NCBI GenBank assembly: GCA_012295275.1 | Contig: CM022670.1 | Coordinates: 35,588,001 to 35,652,000 of the forward strand | Direction: 5' to 3' | From: Chrysomallon squamiferum | Taxonomy: Eukaryota > Animalia > Mollusca | Length of the DNA stretch: 64,000 nt | Shown: piece by piece, positions 51,801 through 64,000 of the stretch | How positions within the stretch are numbered: position 1 is the stretch's first letter | Layout: every line of letters starts with the position of its first letter | The notes under the pieces: model-generated | The model's input: only the letters and a program-made list of their open reading frames with translations | Database searches by the model: none | Told to the model about the DNA's origin: nothing | Program-made: the position numbers and the translations under genes

Positions 51801-52596
51801 TATTTAACAATAGCACTAAATATGAAAATAATATATATTTATCACAAAAATTATTTAAAATATTTACTTACTCAGAAAATGTTTTAAGAATTAGCTATTA
51901 ATATTTTTTTCTGTATCTTATTCTTTCAGGGTTTTTTTAATTTTATACATTTAACTTTTTTTTTTATATATATATATATTAAATAAAAATTGATAAATAA
52001 ATAAAATTGTGGCCTTTGAACAATATTTGAAAACAGTCCAACATTTATTTTAAAATCAAATTTAAAAAAGAATAACTCACTTGTTACAGTAATTTTTAAC
52101 TTTTAGATGACAAAAGATACTAGAAATATGAAGGATTTTGTGTGCACCAAACACACAATCTCTTAATAATTGCAGTAACGTTACAATATTATACAATTCA
52201 GTATGATGCCACATCATTATGATCTTTTCAAAAACCCACCCTATCTTCAGATTAGCCTAGATTTGCCTCTGAAATAATTATTTAAGAAGAATTGGTAAAC
52301 ATTCCCAAATTTAAACAGAATTATTGTCTAAGAAATAAATACAATATAATAAATAAAAGCACAGAATTTTAAAGTCAAGTATACAAAAACATATACAGAT
52401 GTTCAATATTTGTTTTCTGTAGTAAAAGAGATTTTTTATTAAAAAAAAAAGACAATTTTTTTAAATATTATATTGGTATACATGTACCAGTGTATTATTA
52501 TATCATTTGGATTAAATTATGTCTAATTATTTCTGACATACATTTTTGTCTTTAATACTGATAGGTTGATGTTTATGCAATATCTTATCATTATTA

Positions 52597-52632
<36 letters not shown>

Positions 52633-53494
52633 TTTTTTAAATGTAAATATATAAAAATATGAAATTTTATGAACACTTTAAGGAATTAATTTCCATCTGA
52701 CATTAATATTAATTATTTAAAGGTTCTTAATAATTTTTAATTATTATTATTTTTTAAATTTCGTTTAAAATTGATTTTAGATTACCTGATTCAAATTACA
52801 ACAGAAAAAAAGAAAATTTAAAATTTACACCAATTTCAAACCACAATTGACATTGATTTCCAAAATTTGAAAATTACTGATAAATTTCTTAACATTATAA
52901 ATTTTAAGTATTAAAACTAAAATAATAATAATAATAAATGAAGTAAGTATCTTTTATTATTATATCCAAATTAGATTACAATAAATAAAGTATTTACTTC
53001 CAACAATTAATTACAAATATTAATAAAGTAAATAATAGAAAATATATATATCATTAATAAGTTTAGAATAGTTATGGTATTATTTACATCAGTTGTATTA
53101 GTTATAAAAGCACTGTTTGTAAATCTAATATACAAAATATTTAGGTAACAATATAAATATTATAAAAAAAATAATTTTTACTCTTTCAGTAGTAATCACA
53201 TTTCTCTATTATTCTATGATAACCATGTACAAACTCTTAAAATTTATTTACTTTGATTTTTAATTTATTCACTTTTTTATATAAACAAAAATCAGCTCAA
53301 AATCAGAGTAAATATATTTTAATATTCTTAAAGAAAAAGCCATAAAAAAGAATAATAGTAAATAAAATAAAAAATTGAATCATTATAATAAAACAATATG
53401 GCACTTGAACAATCATGAAAAACTAACTGATGTAGTCCTCCCTTCCTGTTAACATTTTTATAACACAATAACACTAAAATGTTAACAGTTCTTT

Positions 53495-53915
53495 TTCTTA
53501 CTTCAGCAAATTATTTTCATAATGGTTACAGCAAAATACTCCATAATTTTTAAATTTCAACAAACTACTCCATTCTTTTTTCTTCAGCAAACTTTCCAGT
53601 CTCTCTTTTTTCAGCAAAGTATTTCAGTTTGTTGTTTCAGAAAACTATACCAGGCTTTTTTTCTATGAGCAAACTATTTTCATCTGCTTTGTTTCAGCAA
53701 GCTATGTCCATTTGTTTTTTCAGAAAAATACATATATTTCAATCTTTTTTTCTTTCAGCAAACAGTTTTGATCAGTTTTGTTCCAGTAAGCTTTATCCAT
53801 CATTTTATTTCAGCAGACTATTTCAAACTTACATTTCAAACTTTTGTTTGTTTGTTTGTTTGTTTGAGCAGTCTATTTCCACATTTGTTGTTTCAGACAA
53901 TTATTCCAATTTTTG
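53495..53915. repeat. Degenerate ~28-30-bp array with core TTCAGCAAACTATTTCCA, about 14 units
   Basis: The core or a close variant recurs at roughly 28-30-nt spacing. Confidence 0.65.
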
Positions 53916-54031
53916 TTGGAATTTTGTTACAAATAACAAGCCAATGAAAACCTTTTCAATTGAAAAAAAAAACTTGTTCAGGAATGAAAGCATTAACCTC
54001 AGATAAAAACAGTATTCACAGTATGTGTATG

Positions 54032-54062
<31 letters not shown>

Positions 54063-54208
54063 TATGGTATATGCATAAGGCTCTTTGCATAGATGCATAG
54101 CTATGAGCTTATCAGTTTGGAATGGTTAAAAAAAAACTCAGGCAAGATATAGTTCAAAGAACATTCCTTGAAAAATGGAACTAACATGATTCTTCAACAT
54201 TTACAGCT

Positions 54209-54250
54209 TTAAGAACACTCTTCATACACTTCTACAATTAAAAAAAAGTA

Positions 54251-54287
<37 letters not shown>

Positions 54288-54408
54288 TAGAGAGATAGAT
54301 AGATAGATAGATAGATAAAATTAAATAACATATAAAAAATGTGAATTTATATCTAAATGAATTTTTGAAAAGCACACTGATTATCTTAATATCCAAAAAA
54401 AAGTACAT

Positions 54409-54453
<45 letters not shown>

Positions 54454-57019
54454 AATTAAATAACATATAAAAAATGTGAATTTATATCTAAATGAATTTT
54501 TGAAAAGCAGACTGATTATCTTAATATCCATGATTGATGGTACAAAATAAACATGAGTGTTGATTTATTTATTACAAGTACTGCTAATTAAAACAAAAAT
54601 AAATGTCAAAATAAAATAATGACCTCTTTAAGTCAACATTTACTTTTTTATCACGATATAATTTTATATACTGAAATAATAAAAAGTGTTTATATGCTGT
54701 TTACATTAAAAATGCTATCAGAATAAAAATGAAAGTAGTAAGTATTTATGAAACAGCACAAACTTATTATCTAATACTCAAATACTGAAAAATGGCTAAA
54801 ATAATCATTTGGAAATATTTAACAAAATTTACTTAGATTATTTGTCTTTTTTTTTATCAAAGATACACTTTAATGTATTTCTTTTCATTTAAATCAAAAG
54901 ATTAAATCAGAGACAATAATGTTTCATGTTTAGCAGTATATCTCAAAAATACATTTCTCAGAGACACAGTCTGAACAAGCAAGCCTAGTGTTCATGTGAA
55001 TAAGAAAATAAATTTCATATATACATATATATATATATATAATATTATACTAGTATAAAATATCTATTTATAAATGGTTTATAAAAGATTAACAAAAACA
55101 CAAAATGCTGTATCTTTGCTAATAATTTTAAAATATTAATGTTTATGACATATTTATTGATTAATACATTAACAAATTTTTGAGATGTAAGTTTTTAAAT
55201 GTAAACAATTTTGACTCACCTTCTTGTACTGAGCAATTTTCACAGCCTTTGGGTGACCTGAAAAAAAAATAACATATTTTTTTAGGAATATATACTAAAT
55301 CTTATTTTTCCAAATTTGTTTGCTGTCAGTTTACATTCAAGAAAGAAATGCAGTTAAAAGAATAAATGTATTTTAACAATAAATAATGTATTCTTTACTC
55401 CATTTTTAAATGAACTTACTATCATGTTGATTTAAAAAAAAAAATACTTTTTAAAAACAATGACAATGATATCAACCTTGCAACCATTCCCAACATCAAT
55501 AACTTGTGAAAAATTCTACTCTTTGATCCTAATGAGGTGCTTCTTCTGCTTCCACACATTCGTTATAATCAAACAGAAAATTCTACTTATTAAACGGATG
55601 GATTAACAAAACTAATATAAAGCAGTTGAATTATATTCCGTAATACTATGTACCAGCTGAAGATCTTTTTATCAAACATTCCAAAGCATTAAACTTTTCC
55701 ATACACTTTGATTAACCATACCAAATTGGATGTGACAAACCACTTTTTAACATGCACATTTAAAATGCCTCATTACGAACGACAATCAACAAAACGTGCA
55801 TGCAAATGCCACTCACCCTCTTTCTGATGGTTCTAAGTTGACATAGTTTTCATTACATGTCATAACCTGTAGATATTTAATATATTTTATATTTAACATT
55901 TATTCACTTACTGAACTGTAAATACATATTTTTTCATTCTTTCTTTTTTATTTTTAAATTTAAATGATTCATTTTGTTTCATTACTAAATGTGAAACTGC
56001 CAAACTTTTAATACATGCCAGATGCACATTGAAGAAACAAAATGCCAGGTTGAAGAAAGAAATTTGTATGTGAGTTTAATGAAGGTAACGATATTAAAAG
56101 CATACTTTATTAAAAAGGTAGCCAGATAGATATGAATATCCCCATCACAGCATATAAATACATAAGACATGCACATCCATTTCAAGTAAACCAAAACAAC
56201 CACAAATATCTTTGTGGGTGTCACAATAATGTTGTAATGTGGAAAGACAAGCTAGTATAAGAAGAATACATAAGTAAAAGAAGATTTATATTATTTCAGT
56301 ATGAAAAAAAAAAATAAAGAAATAAAGAAATTGATAAAATTAATATTACAGTTTTGTAAAAGAATTAATTAACTGCAATAAGATCAGTTTAATTGTATTA
56401 AAAAAAAAAAAAAAAAAAAGATAAATAAAAACCTGAGGAAAATATATTACAAATAAAAATTAATATCAAGACATTTGGTCAGACATGACAAAGAGATTTC
56501 TTAAAATTTAAATGATAATGATAATGATAATGATAATGATAATGATAATGATAATGATAAGAATAATAATAATAATGATAATAATAATAATAATTTAACA
56601 ATAACTTACAAATAAATAAATAAGTCCAGTAAACAATGTGTCTACAGTATAATTCTCATTTGAACAAAATAAATAATTCTAATAAAAATGTATCTATAAC
56701 TTAATTAATGTTTTAAAAATTCTCTGCCAATGGACAAGGTAAATACTGTTTAGTAACCCATTCCAGGATGGACAGACATAAAACAGTCTGCAAATTCATT
56801 AAAGGGTGGGTGAAAAAAAAAGTAATAAAACAAGACCTTTGTAACTAACAACCATAATATATCAACAGACCCGATGAAGAGTTCGTAACTGAATAATAAA
56901 CTCATCCATGACCTAGAGAAACAAGAGATGCTTACATTATAAAAATATATTTACATAAAAAACAAATACTTACAATGTTTTAGCAATTATTTTTCTCAAT
57001 TTATTTATTTATTTATTTA

Positions 57020-57059
<40 letters not shown>

Positions 57060-60000
57060 AATATTTTACAATACATTTTCTTTCATGATTTTCATCTTTT
57101 TAAAACTATTATTTAATCTTTATTTATTGTTGTTGTTGTTGTTGTTTTAGCTTATTTAAGTAATGATAGAAAATGGTTTTGGAATTCAACATTTAGTTTA
57201 AAACTTTATCTCTATAGTGTATATTAATAATTTAATTTTTTTTAAATTAAATGAATCCACTGCTGTCTATAAACATAAAAAGAAACAAAAAAACACAAAC
57301 AAATAAATTATTAATTATATATTTGGCATAAACAAAACAGTATTACAGAAAAAAATGATAAATGTAATTACAATTTTAAATTTATTGTATTAAACCTTAT
57401 CCTTCATTGTTAATTTTTATTATTAATTAAATACAAATTTTCATTTTAAACAGACATGATTTTCATAATCTTTTTATGTTTAATTTTTTTTTAATTTTTT
57501 ATATATATGTGACCATAATTCTTACACTACTTTTGCTAAACAGTGTAAAAAAATATGAACATGGTATTCAATGACAAAAATAAATGAAAAAGAAATTTTT
57601 GTATTCAACAGACTTCTTAACATATACATAAGGAAAAATACACTTTGTTCCAGCTATTTATCAACTTAAAAAACTAAATTTCAAACTAAAAACAATAAAA
57701 CATGATGCTATAATAGACAACAACATGTCATCTAGACTACCACAGAGGGGTACATGAACTGACAAAATATCCATACAATCTAAATATATTTATATTCAAA
57801 AAATGTATATAAAAATTAATTGGTACAAGCTGCAAAACACAATGCACAGTCTATTACCACCACACATATACAGTATTTTCAAAAGCTGAAATCTGATTTC
57901 AATGACAAAAGCTGTAGAAAAATTATTGGCTTAAAGAGAGATAACTCATGCTGAAACAAGATTTATATCAGTTGGTCTTTATTTTAATTAGTCTTTAACA
58001 GACAGCAGTGTATTCATGATGCAAATATAAGGTCATGCTCCAAAATGTGTGAATTATAATAGAATCAGAAGTAAAGCAGAAGTAGATATTTTAAGAAATA
58101 ATAATTTTCGAAAAATGTCATTGTTTAAACTTTTATTTTTACAACACCAAAATCTGAAGCAAAATATGATTTAAACAAATTTAACAACTTTAAAATTAGC
58201 AGTTTCAAATTTCCATACTGTCTTAATACCAGTTAATTTTAAATATTTTTATAAGAATGTATATATGTGTGTGCTGAAAATGGGTTTATATAATAATTTT
58301 ATAATAAGATATTTAAAAACTTAAGCATTTAATGCTCACTCAAGAAGTTCTTGGTGGAAAAATCAAATTAATTAATTAATTATAAAGATGCAGATTATTT
58401 CTATTGAAATTTAAAAATCCAAAAATTGTATTAGACCACACAAAAATGAAACTAAAATGAACTCAGATTAATTAAATAATAAAGCTATAAAAATAAAAAA
58501 ATAAATTTTTTTTTATTCACTACAAAAAAGACACTGCAGCATACTTTGTCAAAAATGGATTCTGATTTAAACAAAATAATTTTACATCTTTTTATTTTTT
58601 ATTTTTTATTTTTTTTATTTATTATTTTTACTATTTTATTTTTTATTTTATAATCATCAAAATTCATTCTACATCCAGTAACCTTCAACAAAAAAATATG
58701 TTGATAGGTAATTAATACTGAATAATTCATTCATTTGTATAAAAAGAAATATAATTAATACTGAATAATTCATTCATTTGTATAAAACAAATTCTATGTA
58801 AAATGGAATCCATTTTAAATAAGAGTATGCTGCACACTGAATTATGGTAATATGGTATGAAAAAGATAAATCCTGGAATTATAAAAATGTCTGACTATTA
58901 ATAACTGGTCTCATATCACAATAAATCCACATTCCATCATCATAATCCTAGTTTTAATTTCTTTGATTGTTTTCTATAAAAGAGGGATTTACTCATAAAA
59001 ATGTACCTTGTACTGTTCACTATGTTTTATAACATTTTTATACTTTTTTACTTTATTTTACTTTACATCAGTTCACTTCATTATTTTTTACTTATTTTAC
59101 AATACATTACTTTGCTTTGCTTTATTATAAATTACTTTACTTACATTTTTACTTAGTATTTTACTTTCATATTAATTTAATTTAATATTTTGTTTTTATT
59201 ATATTAAATTTTATTTTTTCTTAATATTTTATTGTATTTGGTTATACTTTTTCTTATATCTTTTGTTTTACTTTACTTAACTTTTTATGTTATTTACATT
59301 TTATTATATTTTCACTTACTTCAATCTTATTTTTTATTTTTTATTTTAGTATTTTGTTTTTGTTGTTTTTTCTTTTCTCAGATTTTCTTTTCATATTTCA
59401 TATTTTTGATAACTTTTGTTATTTTTTAAAATTTATTATTTAATATTTTTAATATTTTAATATTTAATTTAATTTGATTGGTCATTTTATTGTATTTAAT
59501 TTTTATTATTATTATTATTATTTTATTTATTTTACTTACATTCTTTTCTCTCAACATTATTTTATTTTATTTTATTTTATTTTATTTTTAATTTAATTTA
59601 ATTTAAGTTATTATTTTATTTATTTTATTTTATTTTATTTATTAAATTTAATTATTTACTTTATTATTTTATTTTGTTTATATATTTTCAATTATTACTA
59701 TTATTATTTTAATAATTTTAAAGCATTATTTTAAGTTAGCTTTATTTTTTACTTATTTTATTTTATTTTACTATTTTACTTTTACTTTACTTAATTTAAA
59801 GTAATTTTCATTATTTTATTTTATTTACATTTTATATTTCACTAAACTTTACATAATTTTACTTTATTATTTTGCTTTGTTTTGTTTTGTTTTTGTTTAG
59901 TTTAATATTTGATTTTATTACTATAATATAAATCATTCTTAAAAAAAGAATTATTTACTTTTATTTATTTTATTTACTTATATTTATTATAATTTATTAC

Positions 60001-61549
60001 TTTATAAAGGTATAGAGACTTAAAAGTATAATTAAATATACTGTCAGACATATTGCATTTAAAATTATTAAAAACATTTAATATCTTTTGGTTAGTGGAT
60101 GTATTTTGATACGAAACGATGGCTGGGCAGCAGACTCCTAGCTTTGCAACAACTAATGATAACACCAACAGAAATATTTACAAACTGATACCCGATTTTT
60201 TTCAAACTGTCGCCAAAAACACCCATGACCTAGTCATGAAAAAATAAATATTCAATACAGAATAATTTCCAGTGACAAATTTATGTCAATGTATTCTTTA
60301 GTTTTATTTAAACTGTAGCAATTTTTTTTCACTTATACGATATTGTATAAGACAAAATGATGTAGAAAAAGATTTTTTTTTTTTTTTAAATTACATTTTG
60401 GAATAATGATATCAAAGTGATCAAATTAATTTTAAATTATATTTAAATACTAATTCAGAATGCCACTGAAGAATCGACATTGAACCGAATAAAATTATTT
60501 GTATCAAAATGCTAACTGTATAAAAAGGTATTGTGCTTACCTCTTTGATTGATTCAGTGTCTATCTGGATGTTGTTTGATTCTACATAACCCCCTGTAAC
60601 AAATTAACAAATAAGAATATAATGAGTTTATCAATAATTTACAATTATTAAACATAAAAAGAGTTCATAAAATTAACAAAAATATTTATTAAAAAAATGT
60701 GTCACACATTATCAACTATATATTATAATACAAAAAAACACCAAACAAGACATTTATGTGATAGATCCAGAAAGACATTGTTATAATATTATTACAAAAT
60801 GTGATTAATATTAATATATGAAAGTGGAAAAAAAACTATCACAAAATCTATCCTTACAGTTATCAAGTAAAAAGCAAATGCCTGTTTCATCTTTAAAAAA
60901 TTAATAAACAATATATGAAAATAAAAAAGAATATGAACAAAAATGACACAAATTATCCTTACAGTTATAATCTAAATAACAGATACCTAATGTATACCTT
61001 TAAACAAAATGTTTTAACTTAATAAAAGCTTACAATTTTAATTTAGAATTTAAAAGCAAAAATAAAATAAATTAAAATAGTAATGAAATAAAATAAATTA
61101 AAATGAAATAATAAAATAAAACAAAATGTAATTGATTAAAAAATATAAATAAAACATAATTAAATAATAAACTAAATACAATTAAAGTAATCAAAATATA
61201 AATTAAAATGCAATAAATAAAATCAGTAAAACTGTAAACTGATAAAATGGGCTAAATAAAAAAAAATAAAAAATAAAATGTAAAATAAAAAATAGAATTG
61301 AGTAATATAAAAATAAAATAAATAAAGTAAATATAATAAAATAATAAATATAAAAATAAACAACTTACATTTATTATCTTCAGTTTTTACTAGGAACTTT
61401 CCAGTAGGATTATTATTCATTCTCATTATATCCACTTGTGCACCTTTACTAACAGCCAGATCCAGCTTACCTCCCTTGGCATCCTCAAGTATTACACCAC
61501 TGCTTACTTTTTCTTCTGTACCAGTCAACTGAAAATGAACAAATAAATA

Positions 61550-61580
<31 letters not shown>

Positions 61581-62992
61581 TTAATAATAATAATAATAAT
61601 AATGATAATAATAAATAATATAATATAATATAATATAATATAATATAATATAAAAAGGAAAAAACTCCATTGATTCTACTAAGAATATTGCTTGAATGGG
61701 TTAAGAACCTCACTTTAATAAGACATCATTGTCACCTTAAATTTCTTCTTTAATTCTTTTTCTTCCTTTTCTTTCTTCTCTCTTTCTTTTTTCTCCTTGG
61801 CCAACCTTTCCTGAAAATACAGCATTTTATATTATTTTTCAACAATAATCAAATTCATTTAACTCTACCAATATTCCTGTTAATACAGTTATTTTACACT
61901 CAGTGTCATAATTATTTCCAGAAATTTATTAAAAGCCCCAGTTAAAAGAAATGAAATAAAGCTGTTATAAAATAAATATTATATAAATACAGGTATAAGA
62001 CCATTTATTTGGCTAGCTTGCATATGTAGGAGACTCAGATTTCTGAATATAAAGGTTGTTATATATATATATATATTTACAAAATAAAGCAACAAATAAG
62101 GGAGAAAGAGAGAGAGATACTGTAGTTTTAATATCATTAAACCTTTTCTTCCTTCAGTTTTTCTTTTTTCTTTCTTTCCTCTTCTTTGCGAGCTGCTTCT
62201 TTCTTTTTCTTGTCTTCTTTTTCTTCTTTCTCTTTTTCTGTACTTTGTGAACTAGATGAACTAAAAGTACAAAACAAAGTGTAATAGAAATCCTGCAACA
62301 GGTAATATCCAACACATACGAACCGAATGTTTATCTGTGAGTTTGTGTATGCTTGCATTTATAAATATTAAAATGTTATATATGTTTGTGTCTATCTATA
62401 TTATAATATTCTAAGAAAGAAATAATGTTTATTAACACATACAAAATATGTATAAATATATTAAATAATATTAGTATGATATATAGAAAACCTTGGCAGT
62501 GATTTAAATAAAATGTACTTTTGTGTTGGCTATCTATATTACTAATTTACAATTATTTATACATGTGTATGTGTGTGTGTGTGTGTGTGTGTGCGTGCAT
62601 GCATGCATGAGTGTGTTTGATATTTTAAACTTACGCTGAAACATAATCATCAACATCTGCATATTCCTCTTCCATTTCTCCTTGCTGTGAAAATTTGTGT
62701 AAGACTTTAGAAACATTATAATAAGTCATTTATGGGGACAGCACATTTCCCAATCAAAAAAACCATAAAATAGAATAAAATAAGTTTCAACTCACACTGA
62801 TAATACTGTATTAATAAAATTAAATTAAGAAAAATCAATTTGAAATGTAAATTTACAAAATAGATTAAAACAAATGATAACTCTTTTCACACACTCTATC
62901 ATCTCATTTACTGTTTTTTTTTTTTGTATCTTTATTAAGAATATTTATTAGTGAAAGAAATGCTAGTATGTATATGTGCCTGGGAGTGTATT

Positions 62993-63032
<40 letters not shown>

Positions 63033-63132
63033 TACACACATATATATATATACATTTGTGTGTCTGTGTGTGTGTAAATGTGTGTGTCTGTATATGCAAG
63101 CACACATATGTGTGTGTGTGCATGTGTGTGTG

Positions 63133-63223
<91 letters not shown>

Positions 63224-63971
63224 TAACTGAACTTACCACAGCAACAGCACAGTCATCATACTCTAACTCTGTTTCTGAAATTACAGTGAATAACAATCAA
63301 AAATCAGGTGTAACCATGCATTCATTATATGAATGTATAGAAAGATAGACAGATAGATAGCGAGACAGATAGACAGTTAGATAGATAGACCGATAAACAG
63401 ACAGATAGATATACAGATAACCCAACTGATTATTTAAAATATTATTAAATGAATTTCTGCTTTCAATATGATAATGCTCAAGAATATCAACAACAGTAAC
63501 CATAACATTCTTCTTATTTTAGTTTAAATGAAATTGTGTACATGCAAATTTTCTGTTTTATTACCTCCATCATTACTATTTCCTTTGTTGCTTGTTTCCT
63601 CAGCTGTCTCGCTCTAAAAGAAAATATAACTGAATCAGTTTGATCAGACAGAAATAATTTTTTTGGTTGAATATTGTCTTTAGTTTATTTTGTTCTTCTT
63701 TATTTTTGTACTTATTCTTGTTCTCTTGATTTTGTTCAGGTTTTTATTTAATTGAGATTTTATTTTTATTTTTATTGTTTTTGTTATCTGATGATAAAAA
63801 CAGTCTCTTTTTTATATATAAATAACATTTTACTCTATTATTAGGTAAAAAAAAAAATCTCATCAATATTTAAAATATTTTCTGAAAGTCTCTCACTTTC
63901 TGTCTTTTCTTCTTCTCTTTCTCTTCCTTTTCTTTCCTCTCTCTCTCCTTCTTCTCTTTAGCCAGCCTCTC
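54209..63971 (-). CDS. FYB/ADAP-family (FYN-binding protein-like) adaptor, 3' part; exons include 63897-63971, 62634-62684, ~62142-62280, 61736-61810, 61369-61528, 60541-60593, 55817-55866, 55220-55257, 54209-54231
   Basis: A Lys/Glu helix is followed by a helically extended SH3 domain: KKFK-LTGTEEKVSSGVILEDAKGGKLDLAVSKGAQVDIMRMNNNPTGKFLVKTEDNKWGYVESNNIQIDTESIKE (cf. ADAP KGGKNELSFKQGEQIEIIRITDNPEGKW...YGYI). Acidic Tyr motifs EYDD, EYADV and VYEE are present. The 5' end is outside the window and the terminal exons are less certain. Confidence 0.72.
54241..54530. repeat. Two tandem ~140-155-bp copies containing (TA)n-(GATA)n
   Basis: AAAAAAAGTACATCATATA...CTGATTATCTTAATATCC occurs twice, differing mainly in microsatellite length. 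Confidence 0.9.
62995..63220. repeat. (TA)n/(CA)n/(TG)n compound microsatellite
   Basis: Read directly. Confidence 0.95.
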
Positions 63972-64000
63972 CTACATTGTATACAACAGTTTATAAAAAT

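Noticed and set aside
53495-53915. CRISPR-like repeat-spacer array
   Set aside because: The cores are short and degenerate, the linkers are mutually similar and low-complexity, the context is eukaryotic and there are no cas genes.
58709-58787. ~43-bp direct repeat in a FYB intron (also the short CGATAACATTAAA-flanked insert at ~509-572)
   Set aside because: Ordinary slippage duplications with no functional signal.
58890-58947. Possible further FYB exon (DYDDGMWIYCDMRPV on the minus strand)
   Set aside because: The acceptor is plausible, but I could not find a donor and phase consistent with neighbouring exons.
62904-63503. ORFs with HT/CV/YI runs (also the poly-ER, poly-I/M, poly-SL and poly-Q ORFs at 2618, 1708, 36818, 18475)
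   Set aside because: Translations of microsatellites in introns or intergenic DNA.

Overview
AT-rich, microsatellite-rich, intron-containing animal DNA, probably an invertebrate (mollusc-like is my inference). Splicing exons by hand gives five gene types. (1) Two 2'-5'-oligoadenylate synthetase (OAS) genes on + (764-3636 and 13414-16016). (2) A ~30-exon vitellogenin/large-lipid-transfer gene on - (35980 to 16869), tail-to-tail with OAS, whose 3' half is present a second time (12092 to 4506). (3) SYCE2 on -. (4) Wntless on +, with a U12-type intron. (5) The 3' part of a FYB/ADAP-like hSH3 adaptor on -. An ~12-kb OAS plus vitellogenin-3' unit is duplicated across a 200-N gap; this is either a true tandem duplication or two haplotypes assembled in series. 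The OAS copies differ mostly by amino-acid-changing substitutions and differ in exon number. The promoter-linked vitellogenin carries three disabling lesions, while the orphan 3' half is intact. The vitellogenin promoter has a perfect NF-kB site, and the protein carries an unrecognised 705-codon helical insert. All exon calls are manual and lack transcript support.
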